This document shows positions 28,374 through 38,178 of a stretch of DNA of 64,000 nucleotides, piece after piece. Every line of letters starts with the position of its first letter. Position 1 is the stretch's first letter. Under the pieces are notes generated by a model, which was given only the letters and a program-made list of their open reading frames with translations, made no database searches and was not told the DNA's origin. The stretch covers positions 152,502-216,501 of the IMG/VR virus record IMGVR_UViG_3300043219_000566. One strand, written 5' to 3'. The translations under genes and the position numbers were made by a program.

Positions 28374-28864
28374 CAGTGGTCATCCTCCTGCTCGAACAGA
28401 TCAAATGGATCGCGCACTCCGTCCGGCAGAGCTTCCTTGAGTAAAAAGGCCAGCTGAGACCTCCGCTGGTCCCACAGCTTCTTCACCTCCGGGTTCCGCA
28501 GCTGCGCGCTGTTCTCCAGCAGCGCCAACAAGAACACGACGTCGCAGGCTGGCAGACTCAGCACCAACACCTTATCAACGTCGTCAACCTCCTCACCGAC
28601 GAGGCACGGGAGACGCGCCTCCAACCGCGTCACCGCCAGTTTCTTACCCCGGATCTCGCCGAGCAACAAGCGATAGCTAGTGCCCGTGGCATCCCGCGTG
28701 CGCTCCAGAGTAAATCCCCCGAACTTGGCCTCACGCAAGTGCCGCGCGCGGCGAACACCCTTCTCTCCGCAGCGCCGCCGTAGCTCATCGGCAGAGTGCC
28801 ACTTCCCGTCCTTCAGCACCGCGAACGCACCGTACGCGCTGCCATCAATGGTCTTGGTAGGCAT
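28373..28864 (-). CDS. Hypothetical protein, N-terminal winged-helix-like
   Basis: LKDGKWHSADEL...RRARHLRE..FGG. Confidence 0.55.
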   Translation of the reverse strand: MPTKTIDGSAYGAFAVLKDGKWHSADELRRRCGEKGVRRARHLREAKFGGFTLERTRDATGTSYRLLLGEIRGKKLAVTRLEARLPCLVGEEVDDVDKVLVLSLPACDVVFLLALLENSAQLRNPEVKKLWDQRRSQLAFLLKEALPDGVRDPFDLFEQEDDH

Positions 28865-28874
28865 GAGTACCTCC

Positions 28875-28886
28875 GTAGCGCGCTAC
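28875..28886. repeat. 12-bp palindrome GTAGCGCGCTAC (overlaps TAG stop; extends to 14 bp)
   Basis: cGTAGCGCGCTACg. Confidence 0.9.
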
Positions 28887-29728
28887 GCAGACGGTTCCTT
28901 GGCCGCATCGTCGCTGTCCACCCCCGGGCCGCTATGCACAACGCAATCCACGAACTGTGGGGGAAGCTCGGTCATAACACGCATTTCGCACTCGACTACC
29001 GGCATCCCCGCGGCCAGCCGCCGCTTGCGCTCCTCGGTGATCATGTCGATCACGCCCCAGTAGCCAGCTCCATCAACGCGATTACCGCGCTTCGCGCAAT
29101 GAACCTCCCTGCCGAGCTTCATGCACTCGACAATCATCGGAATGTGCTCAGCCTTGAACGCGCGGCCGGGCTTGAGCATCTCGTGGAACAACCCCGTGAC
29201 CATCGTGGACACTTTGGTGTAGTCGTCGAGCGGATGACCGTAGCTGTCGCGCCGCGCACCATGGATCAAGCTCTCGGCTACCTGCAAAATCGAGCGCAGA
29301 TCGCGATCGTCGTCGGTATCGGTGCTGTACGGCCGCCGCTCGGGGATCAGGTCAACCGGCGTCAGCTCGAATTCGTCCGGCCTGCGCTCGGGTCCTTCTG
29401 GACCAGCTGGCGCGGTGGGCCAACAAAGCAAGAACCCCGGCTTGCCGCACTGCCAAGCCACCATTGCTTCGGTATTCGCGCCGTCGGACTCGGTCCATTC
29501 CTTCAGGAACACGATCCCGTCGGCCTCGATAACCTTGGGGATGTCCCGTTTCATGAAAAACGCTCGATCGGTGATACCTTGCTTGAGCGGCTCCTCGCTC
29601 ATCTCGCCCGGGCAAAAGACAGTATGACCCGCTGCGCGCAACGCCTCGCGCGCCCGCTTAAACGCGGGCATGTTGTGATCTGCGAAACCGGTCATCGGCC
29701 CGGCCAAGTACAATTTCATAACGTCCAT
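28883..29728 (-). CDS. DUF4406 (nucleoside deoxyribosyltransferase-like fold) fused to DUF6378-like domain
   Basis: YLAGPMTG..HNMPAF...WTESDGANTE; ILQVAESLIHGARRDSYGHP...KLGRE...DGAGY. Confidence 0.75.
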   Translation of the reverse strand: MDVMKLYLAGPMTGFADHNMPAFKRAREALRAAGHTVFCPGEMSEEPLKQGITDRAFFMKRDIPKVIEADGIVFLKEWTESDGANTEAMVAWQCGKPGFLLCWPTAPAGPEGPERRPDEFELTPVDLIPERRPYSTDTDDDRDLRSILQVAESLIHGARRDSYGHPLDDYTKVSTMVTGLFHEMLKPGRAFKAEHIPMIVECMKLGREVHCAKRGNRVDGAGYWGVIDMITEERKRRLAAGMPVVECEMRVMTELPPQFVDCVVHSGPGVDSDDAAKEPSA

Positions 29729-29737
29729 AGCCTCTCC

Positions 29738-30646
29738 TCACACTGCGGATTCCATACGGGCTCGTCTCCGGGAGTCCGTCTCCGGATTGTCCGACATGCG
29801 CAAGAGTGCTTTCTGCAGCGTCTTGCCGTCCATCGCGAATTTGTTGGTCAAGTGGTTCACCGGAGTCTTGAACGGATTCCACTCCTTGAGGTACCGGTTA
29901 CGTACGTCGCTGCGCCCGCCACCCCAGACCACGTGCGGTGTACCAGTAGCCGCAGCCAGGTGCATCGGCCCCGAAGAGGAACCGACCACCATTCCACCCA
30001 AATGGAAAATGGCCAGCAAATCGTCGAGGCTGGTCTTGTTCAACAGATCGATCCCGCGGATCTCGAACAGCGGAGCGAACCCGGCCGTGCGCCCGACAGT
30101 GACGAACTGACGCTTGTGCTTGCGTGCCCACCGATAAGCCGCTTCGTACGCGCCCAGCGGCGTGTTCTTCTTCTTGCTGCGCGAGATATGCCGAAGATGA
30201 AAAATCACCGCCTTGGGCTTGATCGTCTCAGCCCAGTGCTCCAGCTGCTCATCTGACGGCCGTAGCAACGCGAAAGCCCGGTGCCGCATCTTGAAGCGAT
30301 GGTAGCGGTACTTCGACTTGGGCAAACGCACCGACACAACGTCGTGCCCGCTGGCCACCAGCTTCTCGACCTGCTGATCGCAGCGCACACAGTGCGCCTT
30401 GTAGTGGTTGTAGGCATCAGGGCGGTGCAGCACGAAAGCGTTGCCCTCGGTGCAATCTTCGTGCTCGGCGAAGGTGTCGAACTCCGCAACGAAGTCGCGG
30501 TAAATACCCTCGTGCCCAGAACGAACCACGGCGAACGTGTGCTCGAACGGACCTTGCTCCTGGAACACAAACCGGCAGTGAGTTGCCCAATTTGTCAATT
30601 CCCATCCTAATTCTCCATAGAACGGGTAACAATACAACACACGCAT
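29738..30646 (-). CDS. GT-B glycosyltransferase, GT9 (heptosyltransferase)-like
   Basis: DLLNKTSLDDLLAIF...VGSSSGPMHLAAATGTPHVVW. Confidence 0.8.
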   Translation of the reverse strand: MRVLYCYPFYGELGWELTNWATHCRFVFQEQGPFEHTFAVVRSGHEGIYRDFVAEFDTFAEHEDCTEGNAFVLHRPDAYNHYKAHCVRCDQQVEKLVASGHDVVSVRLPKSKYRYHRFKMRHRAFALLRPSDEQLEHWAETIKPKAVIFHLRHISRSKKKNTPLGAYEAAYRWARKHKRQFVTVGRTAGFAPLFEIRGIDLLNKTSLDDLLAIFHLGGMVVGSSSGPMHLAAATGTPHVVWGGGRSDVRNRYLKEWNPFKTPVNHLTNKFAMDGKTLQKALLRMSDNPETDSRRRARMESAV

Positions 30647-30650
30647 ATTG

Positions 30651-31478
30651 CTACTCGATCCCGAACTGGTGCTTCAGCTCGTCGGTTAACGGCACTTGCC
30701 CGCTCCCGGTCTGCTTGATACCGGAGTAGTTGAAGCCAGTTCCGGTCACGTAGATCGCTGCGCGGAAAGGCAACTTGGCCGTATCACGCCCCGTATTACG
30801 CAGCCGCTTGAACACGGACGCGTGCCCCGCAAACAGCCAGTGGGTCTTGCGCTCGAACGTGTTGACGCTGTGCGTCGCAGCGAACTGGTCCTTCTCCCAC
30901 TGAACCAGCCGCACGACGTTGCAAGTCCCGCAGATCTTGTGGAACCCGTTCACCTCGCGAAGAGAGTCCTCACCCACCCGCCAGGAGTAGCCGCGCGTCA
31001 CAGTATGCCCGCCCGGCCACTCGCCGTCATGCGCCAGCGCGTGCGCTACCACGTCGCGGTGCACCAGGTCGTCCGAGTCGACGAACATCACCCACTGCGC
31101 CTCGGGGTCAGCAAGCGCCGCGCTCAAGTTGATCTTGAGCTTCGAGTATTTATCGCCTATGCGCCGACGACGCACGTCCGGCAATTTGTCCAGCACCTTG
31201 CCAGCCAGCTGATTGTACATGTCCAGATTGATATCGGGCGGCCTCGGGAAATCAGCAGAATGAACTGCTATGCGCTGCGGATCTGCCACGTGCAACGGCG
31301 GCAACTCATGCGCCGCCAGGTGAATCATAAAGTCTCGCTCGCTCTGATTAAGCAGCGACTTCAAGCAACGGTCCAGCGTCGCCTCGACACTGCCGCCGCC
31401 TGGAGCATCGGACGCGTCCCAACGCCCGCGCGCCATCACCGACGACATCACCGGCACGCAGAAATGGAATCTAGCCAT
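30651..31478 (-). CDS. GT-A glycosyltransferase-like
   Basis: LDRCLKSLLNQS, DKYSK, WVMFVDSDDLVH, FHKICGT. Confidence 0.75.
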   Translation of the reverse strand: MARFHFCVPVMSSVMARGRWDASDAPGGGSVEATLDRCLKSLLNQSERDFMIHLAAHELPPLHVADPQRIAVHSADFPRPPDINLDMYNQLAGKVLDKLPDVRRRRIGDKYSKLKINLSAALADPEAQWVMFVDSDDLVHRDVVAHALAHDGEWPGGHTVTRGYSWRVGEDSLREVNGFHKICGTCNVVRLVQWEKDQFAATHSVNTFERKTHWLFAGHASVFKRLRNTGRDTAKLPFRAAIYVTGTGFNYSGIKQTGSGQVPLTDELKHQFGIE

Positions 31479-31674
31479 GCCGCTCCCCCAGTACCAGTAG
31501 CACGATCATCGTAACCAGCGTTGCTACACCGACTACGACCACCAAGATAGCAAGAAAGCTGGGCTCGGGTTTCCCAGCCGCACGAAACCCAGACACCTTG
31601 ATCATCTCCGGCTCAAAGTCGAACTTCGGAGGCTCAGAGACGTTATCACAATCCGGCAATTTCACCGGGGGCAT
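31471..31674 (-). CDS. Small membrane protein
   Basis: C-terminal TM helix; GGAGGTGA RBS. Confidence 0.55.
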   Translation of the reverse strand: MPPVKLPDCDNVSEPPKFDFEPEMIKVSGFRAAGKPEPSFLAILVVVVGVATLVTMIVLLVLGERHG

Positions 31675-31687
31675 GATCACCTCCGCA

Positions 31688-31912
31688 TTAGAACAGCGCG
31701 TTGAACAAAACGTCCATCGCGCTCTCTCCCCCGAACATCTCTGTGTTGTCCTGGAACAGCTGCCAACAGGTCTCGCGCCCAGACGAAGACTCCAAGCACG
31801 CCGACAGATCCATGCCATCGACGTCCTCGGCAAACGGAGCGAACGGCGTCAGCAAGCAGCCGGGAAAAGCCAACAGAACCACGGGTAACAACCAACGCAG
31901 CTTGCGTCTCAT
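31688..31912 (-). CDS. Small putative lipoprotein
   Basis: MRRKLRWLLPVVLLAFPG-C signal/lipobox-like sequence. Confidence 0.5.
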   Translation of the reverse strand: MRRKLRWLLPVVLLAFPGCLLTPFAPFAEDVDGMDLSACLESSSGRETCWQLFQDNTEMFGGESAMDVLFNALF

Positions 31913-32030
31913 AGCTACTCCACCTTTCTATGCGGCCACCGCCACAGCGCGAGGCCAAGCACCCACGGCGCGAGACGCCCCAGCGGGACGTCCCACGCAA
32001 CCCAAATCAGAAATCGCTGCAACATCCTCC

Positions 32031-32294
32031 TCATGCGCCGACCTCGAACCAGTCCTCGGCCAGCACGTCGGTCTGGCTCGCGAGCCACGGGACCAGATCG
32101 CCCTGCACAGTCGTGATGAAGATGTACGGCAAGCTCATCTTGAAAACAATCTTGCCTTCGCGAGCAATGCGGGTGTCGCTCTCGGGTACTTGAAGCATGA
32201 GATTCTGGTTCGGACCGTTCCATCCCTTCCGTGCCACTCGTTTACCTGCCTTCAGTCGAGCAATTGCCTCTCCAAAACCAAAGTCCGGTTCCAT
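32031..32294 (-). CDS. DUF2829 / Tad2-like protein (Thoeris anti-defence sponge family)
   Basis: FGEAIARLKAGKRVARKGWNG...PYI...VPWLASQTDVLAEDW. Confidence 0.85.
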   Translation of the reverse strand: MEPDFGFGEAIARLKAGKRVARKGWNGPNQNLMLQVPESDTRIAREGKIVFKMSLPYIFITTVQGDLVPWLASQTDVLAEDWFEVGA

Positions 32295-32321
32295 CTGTGT
32301 TCTCCTGATAGAAATCCAACC

Positions 32322-33296
32322 TCATACCGCGCCCCCGATTATTCGCAGAATGTGTCTAGCCGCGACCGGAAGCGACAACTCCCGCTCATAGTACTCCCGC
32401 GGGCGGAACGATCTCCAGTCGCCCAGCACTTCGGAGAGAACTTTCACAAACGTGTCCTTGGTGAAGGTACGTCCCGTCTCAGGCGTGATGTATTGGCTGT
32501 GCCAGAGCCGCGTGCCCTCCGAGACAACGATCGGAGTATCGCAGGCCAGAGCCTCGGGAATCACCCGCGGGCAGCTGTCCTTGCCCGCCGTCATCACTAC
32601 GGCGACCTTGGCGCGCGCGTACAGACTCGGCAAGTCAGCACGCCGTACCCAGCCAGTGAAGCTAGTATTGGGAAATTTAGCAGGCCAGCCCCGCCGTCCG
32701 ATTCCCACGTGCAGCAAACGCACCCCGCGCAAATTCGGCAACAGAAAACGATGGCCCTTATTGGCGTTGTGGTTGAAATTGGCCACGTAGATCACGTCGA
32801 ACTCGGGATGAGCAGATATCGGGGAAGCAGGCCGGAAGATATTGTCGGCCGCCGGTTTGACGAACAACTGCGCGTTGTAGCCGTTAGCTTGCGCCCGCTC
32901 CAGCTGCTCGGGTGTGTCTACCAGCACCAGATCCCAGTGCTGCCTCGGCCCGGGGATCACCCGCTGCCCGGCCCCGTAGTGGATCTTGAAGGCCTTCGGG
33001 AACTGCGCAGCCTTGGCCCGATGGATTTTGAAGCCGCCGCGGGTGAACACGACATCCGGGTCAAAGGACACCGGCGTCTGAGCGTAGCGCGCTACCCAGC
33101 GCTCCACGAAGTTCTCGCGGTACTGCGCCCTCCGCTTGCCCTTCTCGTACCACACCTCGCCGTAGCCGCCCGTCTGGTTGACCAGCTCCCAGGCCAGTTG
33201 CGTCCACATGTCGTCGTTCTGCTCCAGCTTGTCGAACATGATCTGACGCGCCGGACGATCGCTAGGCACTTGCCCGCGCAGGAATAACAGTTTCAT
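32322..33296 (-). CDS. GT-B glycosyltransferase (GT4-like)
   Basis: FDVIYVA...KGH...FTGWV...DSCPRVIPEALACDTPIVV. Confidence 0.85.
   Translation of the reverse strand: MKLLFLRGQVPSDRPARQIMFDKLEQNDDMWTQLAWELVNQTGGYGEVWYEKGKRRAQYRENFVERWVARYAQTPVSFDPDVVFTRGGFKIHRAKAAQFPKAFKIHYGAGQRVIPGPRQHWDLVLVDTPEQLERAQANGYNAQLFVKPAADNIFRPASPISAHPEFDVIYVANFNHNANKGHRFLLPNLRGVRLLHVGIGRRGWPAKFPNTSFTGWVRRADLPSLYARAKVAVVMTAGKDSCPRVIPEALACDTPIVVSEGTRLWHSQYITPETGRTFTKDTFVKVLSEVLGDWRSFRPREYYERELSLPVAARHILRIIGGAV
33084..33095. repeat. 12-bp palindrome GTAGCGCGCTAC (in frame, encodes VARY)
   Basis: Exact sequence. Confidence 0.9.
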
Positions 33297-33338
33297 GCAG
33301 TTTCCTCGACGAGAACCGATCACCACAGCTCAACGACG

Positions 33339-33677
33339 TTACATCGACTTCTCTTGCTTCCGCTGCAACCGCAAGCGGACAAATTGCATCGACTCCCAAC
33401 ACGCCCGCAACCAGAGTTTCTCTCCCTGGTTCAACACAATTCCGCCGCCGTCCTCGTCGTCCAAACGCAACGGATCAGGTTTCAACGTCAGCTTCTTCTC
33501 CCAACCGCAATCGCCCATTCGCACAACGATTTCGCCGGTCTCCAAATTACCCTCGAAGACCGCCTGTTCGCCGTGTTCGTTTTCGTAGTAACCGTGCTGA
33601 ATTTCCTGTCGGTCACCATCGATCTCGGGCGGTGGGCCACTATCCTTGCACTGGTGATTAGAAACTCTGAACAGCAT
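33339..33677 (-). CDS. Hypothetical protein
   Basis: AGGGAG RBS; 112 aa. Confidence 0.6.
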   Translation of the reverse strand: MLFRVSNHQCKDSGPPPEIDGDRQEIQHGYYENEHGEQAVFEGNLETGEIVVRMGDCGWEKKLTLKPDPLRLDDEDGGGIVLNQGEKLWLRACWESMQFVRLRLQRKQEKSM

Positions 33678-33692
33678 ACCGATCTCCCTTTG

Positions 33693-34463
33693 TCAAAACC
33701 ATTCGTCAACGCGCCCGCCCATGATCTCGAACAACTTCCGATTCCACGGTTTGTAAAACTTCCGCAGCTCGGCCCGTAAGCCGGGGTCCATGTCGCAGCC
33801 GTGATCCGTCTTCCAATTGCGAAACGCGCCTGCCACCGGAGCAGGCCGGTCCCGCTCAACGAACTTCATCTCGACTGTCTTGGGGGTGTAGGGATCAACA
33901 CCCAGCCACGCGAACAGCTTATTGGTCTCGACAGTCGTGTTAGCCGCCATGCGCTCCTGCACCAAGAAGTACAGCTGCGCGCGCCAGTCGGAGAAAAATG
34001 GGAATACCGCCCGCTCCAACTGCTGGAAATACTGCCCACGTTTCCGTGGGCTCGACCCAGCCGAGAACCGCTTGAACTTCTTGATCTTCACCGGCTTGAG
34101 ATGGTGCATCCAGAACTCGCTCAACATCCGGTCCACCGGCTCACGCACACAGAGAATCAGCTTCACCCCGGGGATCTGGCTGCTGATCCGGCGCAGAGCC
34201 ATCGGGCTCTCGATGTAGTTGGCGCACTTCTCCCCGGCCAACTGCGTTGCGTTGCTGAAGCAACCCTGATACCAGCCGGTACCCCGGGAGAAAACGTGAT
34301 ACGGCCCATCGTTGTTCCAGAAGCGGATCTCCGTCGAAGTCCGCTTCGGGTCCTCCGCATTCTTGCCCATCGTGATCTGCGGGTGCTCATTCAAATTCCG
34401 CCACAGCGCAGTCGTCCCGCACTTCATGGAACCAACAATGATGAAATCAGGAAACTTGGGCAC
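33693..34463 (-). CDS. PAPS-dependent sulfotransferase (Sulfotransfer_1 type)
   Basis: 5'-PSB loop PDFIIVGSMKCGTTAL; GEKCANY; 3'-PB motif VREPVDRMLS; LRKFYKPWN. Confidence 0.9.
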   Translation of the reverse strand: MPKFPDFIIVGSMKCGTTALWRNLNEHPQITMGKNAEDPKRTSTEIRFWNNDGPYHVFSRGTGWYQGCFSNATQLAGEKCANYIESPMALRRISSQIPGVKLILCVREPVDRMLSEFWMHHLKPVKIKKFKRFSAGSSPRKRGQYFQQLERAVFPFFSDWRAQLYFLVQERMAANTTVETNKLFAWLGVDPYTPKTVEMKFVERDRPAPVAGAFRNWKTDHGCDMDPGLRAELRKFYKPWNRKLFEIMGGRVDEWF

Positions 34464-34496
34464 GCCGGATCTCCAGAGCACAACGAGTATGGCTTA

Positions 34497-34817
34497 CTAC
34501 GTACCCGACTCGCGCTTTCGCCGGTCCAGTTCAATGCGTAGTCTTTTGCCCGCAGTAAGCATATTCGTAAGCAACGCTTGCAAGCGCGCGTCGTACGCGG
34601 CCGGAGTAGCGCACTCGTGCTCGTACGGAACGGGCACAAAATGGTCAGGTTCAAACCACATGCGGTTGATAAATTTTGAATCCACCGGCAAATTGCCGCT
34701 CTCATCGCGCGCAAAAATACGATTGGCCAATCGATCCACTTCGTCCTTGAACTTGTTGAACGCGAGATCAAACTCTCGCGGATCAGCATCCCCGCCTAGT
34801 CCGCCACTTTTAGCCAT
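34497..34817 (-). CDS. Hypothetical protein
   Basis: GGAGGT RBS + ATG. Confidence 0.6.
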   Translation of the reverse strand: MAKSGGLGGDADPREFDLAFNKFKDEVDRLANRIFARDESGNLPVDSKFINRMWFEPDHFVPVPYEHECATPAAYDARLQALLTNMLTAGKRLRIELDRRKRESGT

Positions 34818-34838
34818 CGAACACCTCCATCATGCGTA

Positions 34839-35672
34839 TCAATGGGCTGCAACGCCCAAATCGACCTCGATTGGTCCGAATACCGCGTCGCTCAGGCGAC
34901 GCACCTCCGCGTCATCCACTACGCGCTGCAGCGGGCGTGCTAGCCCGCGATGCTCCCCGGTGAGCTGCTCCCAGCGCCGCAACACGTTCATGTCCTGGCC
35001 GCGTCCGTCCAGATCCAAGTAGTCGAACGAACTGCCTTGCCCGTGACGAGACACACGCTGCAGCCCAGCGTCGCTGAACGGTACGTCCAGCCATTCGGCC
35101 AACTCACGCCGGTACTCCTCGTCGACGAACCAGCGGTTGTAGTTCACCCGGAGCGCGTCTGGGTAGTGCTCCAGCTCGCCCAGGAACTCGCGCGCGTGCG
35201 CCTTCCACAGCTCCACAGCCCAGTCCAGATGCAGCGGGCTCATCGCTATTCGCAAAGGAAGTTTCTCGGGGGTCTGATTCCACGGAGCCACTGACCACAC
35301 CAGACGGCTAGCAAACGTGTTGTACGGATCTCGCAGCACCAAGATGCAGCGCCGACGACGAGCGCGCCCCAAATGCAGTTGTTCGTAAGCCCCGTAGCGT
35401 GAATTAGCCGCGATCTGCGACGGAATCACGTGAGGAAAGTACTCCTCGAAATTGACGATTGCGGTATTCAGAAATCCGGGACGGCGCGCAGTCTGCCGAT
35501 GCTTCTGCCAAGGACTCAACAGCGACAGGTTGTTGAAGAACTGCGCATCGTCGCCCCACAACCCGAGCATCCAGTTAATCACCGCGTGGTGCCCAGTCCG
35601 GCGCATAGCCACGACGTAGATTATTTCGGCAGTGCGAAGTTCAATCGGATTGACTTCCAGACGGATTCTCAA
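34839..35672 (-). CDS. Sulfotransferase-fold protein (paralog of the upstream gene)
   Basis: AMRRTGHHAVINW, LRDPYNTFASR, VNYNRW, GQGSSFD; GGAGG RBS before TTG at 35672. Confidence 0.75.
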   Translation of the reverse strand: MRIRLEVNPIELRTAEIIYVVAMRRTGHHAVINWMLGLWGDDAQFFNNLSLLSPWQKHRQTARRPGFLNTAIVNFEEYFPHVIPSQIAANSRYGAYEQLHLGRARRRRCILVLRDPYNTFASRLVWSVAPWNQTPEKLPLRIAMSPLHLDWAVELWKAHAREFLGELEHYPDALRVNYNRWFVDEEYRRELAEWLDVPFSDAGLQRVSRHGQGSSFDYLDLDGRGQDMNVLRRWEQLTGEHRGLARPLQRVVDDAEVRRLSDAVFGPIEVDLGVAAH

Positions 35673-36393
35673 TTCCGCCTCCGGGGCCGAAGATTCTTTC
35701 TGCCAGGCGGCGCACGTCGACGTCGGATAGCACGGCCTGAAAAGCAGGCTGGTGCTCAACCGTACGCCAGCGACTCAACACGTCCATCGCCTGAGCATTG
35801 CCTTGATGTGCATACGAATCGAACGAGCTGCCGCCACCGGCCCGCGGGATTCGGTGCAAACCATCGTCAGAAAACTCCAGGCCCAGCTCCGCCGACAGCT
35901 CGCGGCGATAAGCCGCATCAACAAACCAGCGGTTGTAGTTGATGCGCAACAACCCCGGAAACGGCGGCGAACCCAAGTAGAAGCGCGCGTAGTCCTTCCA
36001 TTTCCGAATGTACTTGTCCGGACGCTTGCGAGCTTCTTTGCGAAACCACGGATGCGAAAGACGGCTGGCGAACGTGTTGTAAGGATCTCGCACGACCAGC
36101 AAGTAAATCCGCCGCACGATCTCGCCGAGGCACCGGCGCTCACAGCGACGATAGACACTCTGCGACTCCGGCCGCGTCTCCGCAAAACGATCGACCCGCA
36201 CATCCTCGAAGTTGACGGACAACACTCGCGCCGCTGCCTTGGCGCTGGCCTGCCACTTGAACTGCGGCTTAGTCAGCAACTCGTTGTTGAAATGATGCTG
36301 CGGACCCGGCAATTGCGCCATGACCCAGTCGAGCACAGCATGATGGCCGGAACGCCGCATACCGAGCGTGTACACCATCGTGTCGTATGGCAA
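35641..36393 (-). CDS. Sulfotransferase-fold protein
   Basis: GMRRSGHHAVLDW, VRDPYNTFASR, INYNRW, GGGSSFD. Confidence 0.75.
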   Translation of the reverse strand: MPYDTMVYTLGMRRSGHHAVLDWVMAQLPGPQHHFNNELLTKPQFKWQASAKAAARVLSVNFEDVRVDRFAETRPESQSVYRRCERRCLGEIVRRIYLLVVRDPYNTFASRLSHPWFRKEARKRPDKYIRKWKDYARFYLGSPPFPGLLRINYNRWFVDAAYRRELSAELGLEFSDDGLHRIPRAGGGSSFDSYAHQGNAQAMDVLSRWRTVEHQPAFQAVLSDVDVRRLAERIFGPGGGIENPSGSQSD

Positions 36394-36417
36394 AACAGGC
36401 CCCTACGTGCCGCGTCA

Positions 36418-37431
36418 TCAAGACAACTCGAACGACCGCTCAAGAGCTTCCAAATCGTCCAGACTGGTCAACGCTGCTCTGGTATTCAACAGATACATGC
36501 GCACCCAGCGCTCCGTTAACGACAGCTCGTGATCAACAAACGCACGTCGGAAGTGCAGGTAGCCGCGCCGAGCCATTTCCACTAGCCCCTCCGGCGCGCT
36601 GAGCAACCGCTCCAGACAAGGCACGATGTTTCTGTCCAGCGTGCAGTAGTGATCCTCCGCGCGAAAATCGGCGATCTGGACCTGTTCTCGCTCGTTGATC
36701 GCATCCAGCAGCAACCCGCTGCCCGCCGCCATCACTTCCCACTCACGACGACAACGAAAACCGGAGCCCGGCGGAGAGTAGCACAACAACGCTCGGCCCA
36801 TTCCCCGCAGGTACCCCCGGGGCCTGAGCGCCGCGTTCGAGATACGAAACCGCAGCCCCAGCCGCTTACAGGCCTCGCGCAGCTCGTTAACCCGGCGATG
36901 CCGGTACCGGCGCTTGGGCTCGGCCGCGTTCATGTTGCCAATGAAAAATACGTCTAGCTCACGCGGTCCATCCTTGGGCACCGGCGGAGGATTAGCGAGC
37001 CAGGCATAATGCACCCGCGGCACTGGAAATTGCGGGAAAACCCACAAATTGTAGGTCTGCTGAGCGACGTCAACCGACGTACCCCCCAACGAGCGCCGCG
37101 ACAAGTTGGCCTTGAGGTACACGTGCCGCTCGCAGCAATGCTCCAACAAATGCGGACGCACGATCGAGCCATCGTAGATATCGGTGAACAGCACGCGAGC
37201 TTCGGTATCGCGCAGCAACCGCGCCCAGTATTCGTCGGGCACCATACGCATCCCGAGCTTACACACGGCAACGTAGCCCGGCCCCCGCGGAAACGTCGCA
37301 TGGACCTCGGGCATGAACCCCCGTACAGCTGCCTCGTCTTTGAAATACAGGAATCCCGGGTGCTTGCCCAAATGAATGACCGGATGCCCGTGGTAATGAT
37401 CGGCTTTGTAGCCGCGATCAACTAAGCGCAT
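36418..37431 (-). CDS. GT-B glycosyltransferase-like (CgeB/exostosin-like C-terminus)
   Basis: DVFFIGN...YLRGM...CYSPPGSGFRCRREWEVMAAG...EMARRGY. Confidence 0.7.
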   Translation of the reverse strand: MRLVDRGYKADHYHGHPVIHLGKHPGFLYFKDEAAVRGFMPEVHATFPRGPGYVAVCKLGMRMVPDEYWARLLRDTEARVLFTDIYDGSIVRPHLLEHCCERHVYLKANLSRRSLGGTSVDVAQQTYNLWVFPQFPVPRVHYAWLANPPPVPKDGPRELDVFFIGNMNAAEPKRRYRHRRVNELREACKRLGLRFRISNAALRPRGYLRGMGRALLCYSPPGSGFRCRREWEVMAAGSGLLLDAINEREQVQIADFRAEDHYCTLDRNIVPCLERLLSAPEGLVEMARRGYLHFRRAFVDHELSLTERWVRMYLLNTRAALTSLDDLEALERSFELS

Positions 37432-37447
37432 CAGTTGTTCTCCCGGA

Positions 37448-38176
37448 TCAATATCCGTACACGTCCAGCATGCCCCCAGCCTCGCGGCGAATGATACGCC
37501 GGTCATTTGGCGTCAATCGCGCCCGCGACTCAGCGTCGAAATCAGGATGGCGGCCCAATGGGAACGGGCGACCGTACATGTTCTGCCGCCGGACCGGCGC
37601 GGACAGATCGACCGGCACCGACGCGAGCCCCAGCTCCGCAAGAATACGATCCACGCTGGCCTGGGGCTCGGCGACCAGCGCCTCGTACCGCACCACCAAA
37701 TGACGAACCTGAGCAGCATCGTCCCGCATGATCCGATTGGCCTCACGCCACTGCCTAGCACAGCGCGCGATATCGTGCCCGCGCCGACGCCGCAAACCCT
37801 CGGCCACGGCGTAACCGTCGCGAACCAGGCAGATGAAGATTGCCGGAACGAAGACCGCATTCATGAAGCGCAGGCGCAGAGCATTGTGCGGGCTCTTTTC
37901 CAGCAAGACCTCCCGGTTGCGATCCCACTTGCGGTAGAACGCATTTCGCAATCGTGCCACGTCGCGCGTCGCCACGTCCCGCTCGGTCATACAGAACTTC
38001 TTGGGGTACAAGGCGAACAGCCGCTTGGTCTTCGGCCCACGATCGCGCGGCAGTACCCGGCTGTAGTGATGACCCTCCTTGGGTAAAGTCGACACGGCAG
38101 GATGTTGAGCCAGTAATCCGCGAAGCAAACCGCTCCCGGAGTTGGTCGTTCCCGCGATAAAAGCATGCAGCCGCAT
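37448..38176 (-). CDS. Sulfotransferase (Sulfotransfer_3 type)
   Basis: FIAGTTNSGSGLL..LLAQHP, LEKSPHN, VRDGYAVAEG, VRYEALV; likely start ATG at 38176. Confidence 0.85.
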   Translation of the reverse strand: MRLHAFIAGTTNSGSGLLRGLLAQHPAVSTLPKEGHHYSRVLPRDRGPKTKRLFALYPKKFCMTERDVATRDVARLRNAFYRKWDRNREVLLEKSPHNALRLRFMNAVFVPAIFICLVRDGYAVAEGLRRRRGHDIARCARQWREANRIMRDDAAQVRHLVVRYEALVAEPQASVDRILAELGLASVPVDLSAPVRRQNMYGRPFPLGRHPDFDAESRARLTPNDRRIIRREAGGMLDVYGY

Positions 38177-38178
38177 CG

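Noticed and set aside
28796-33287. Long + strand ORFs (28796..30256, 31701..33287, and similar ones at 7032, 8082, 20244, 21924, 54123)
   Set aside because: Antisense shadows of well-supported - strand genes in GC-rich DNA, with no recognisable motifs
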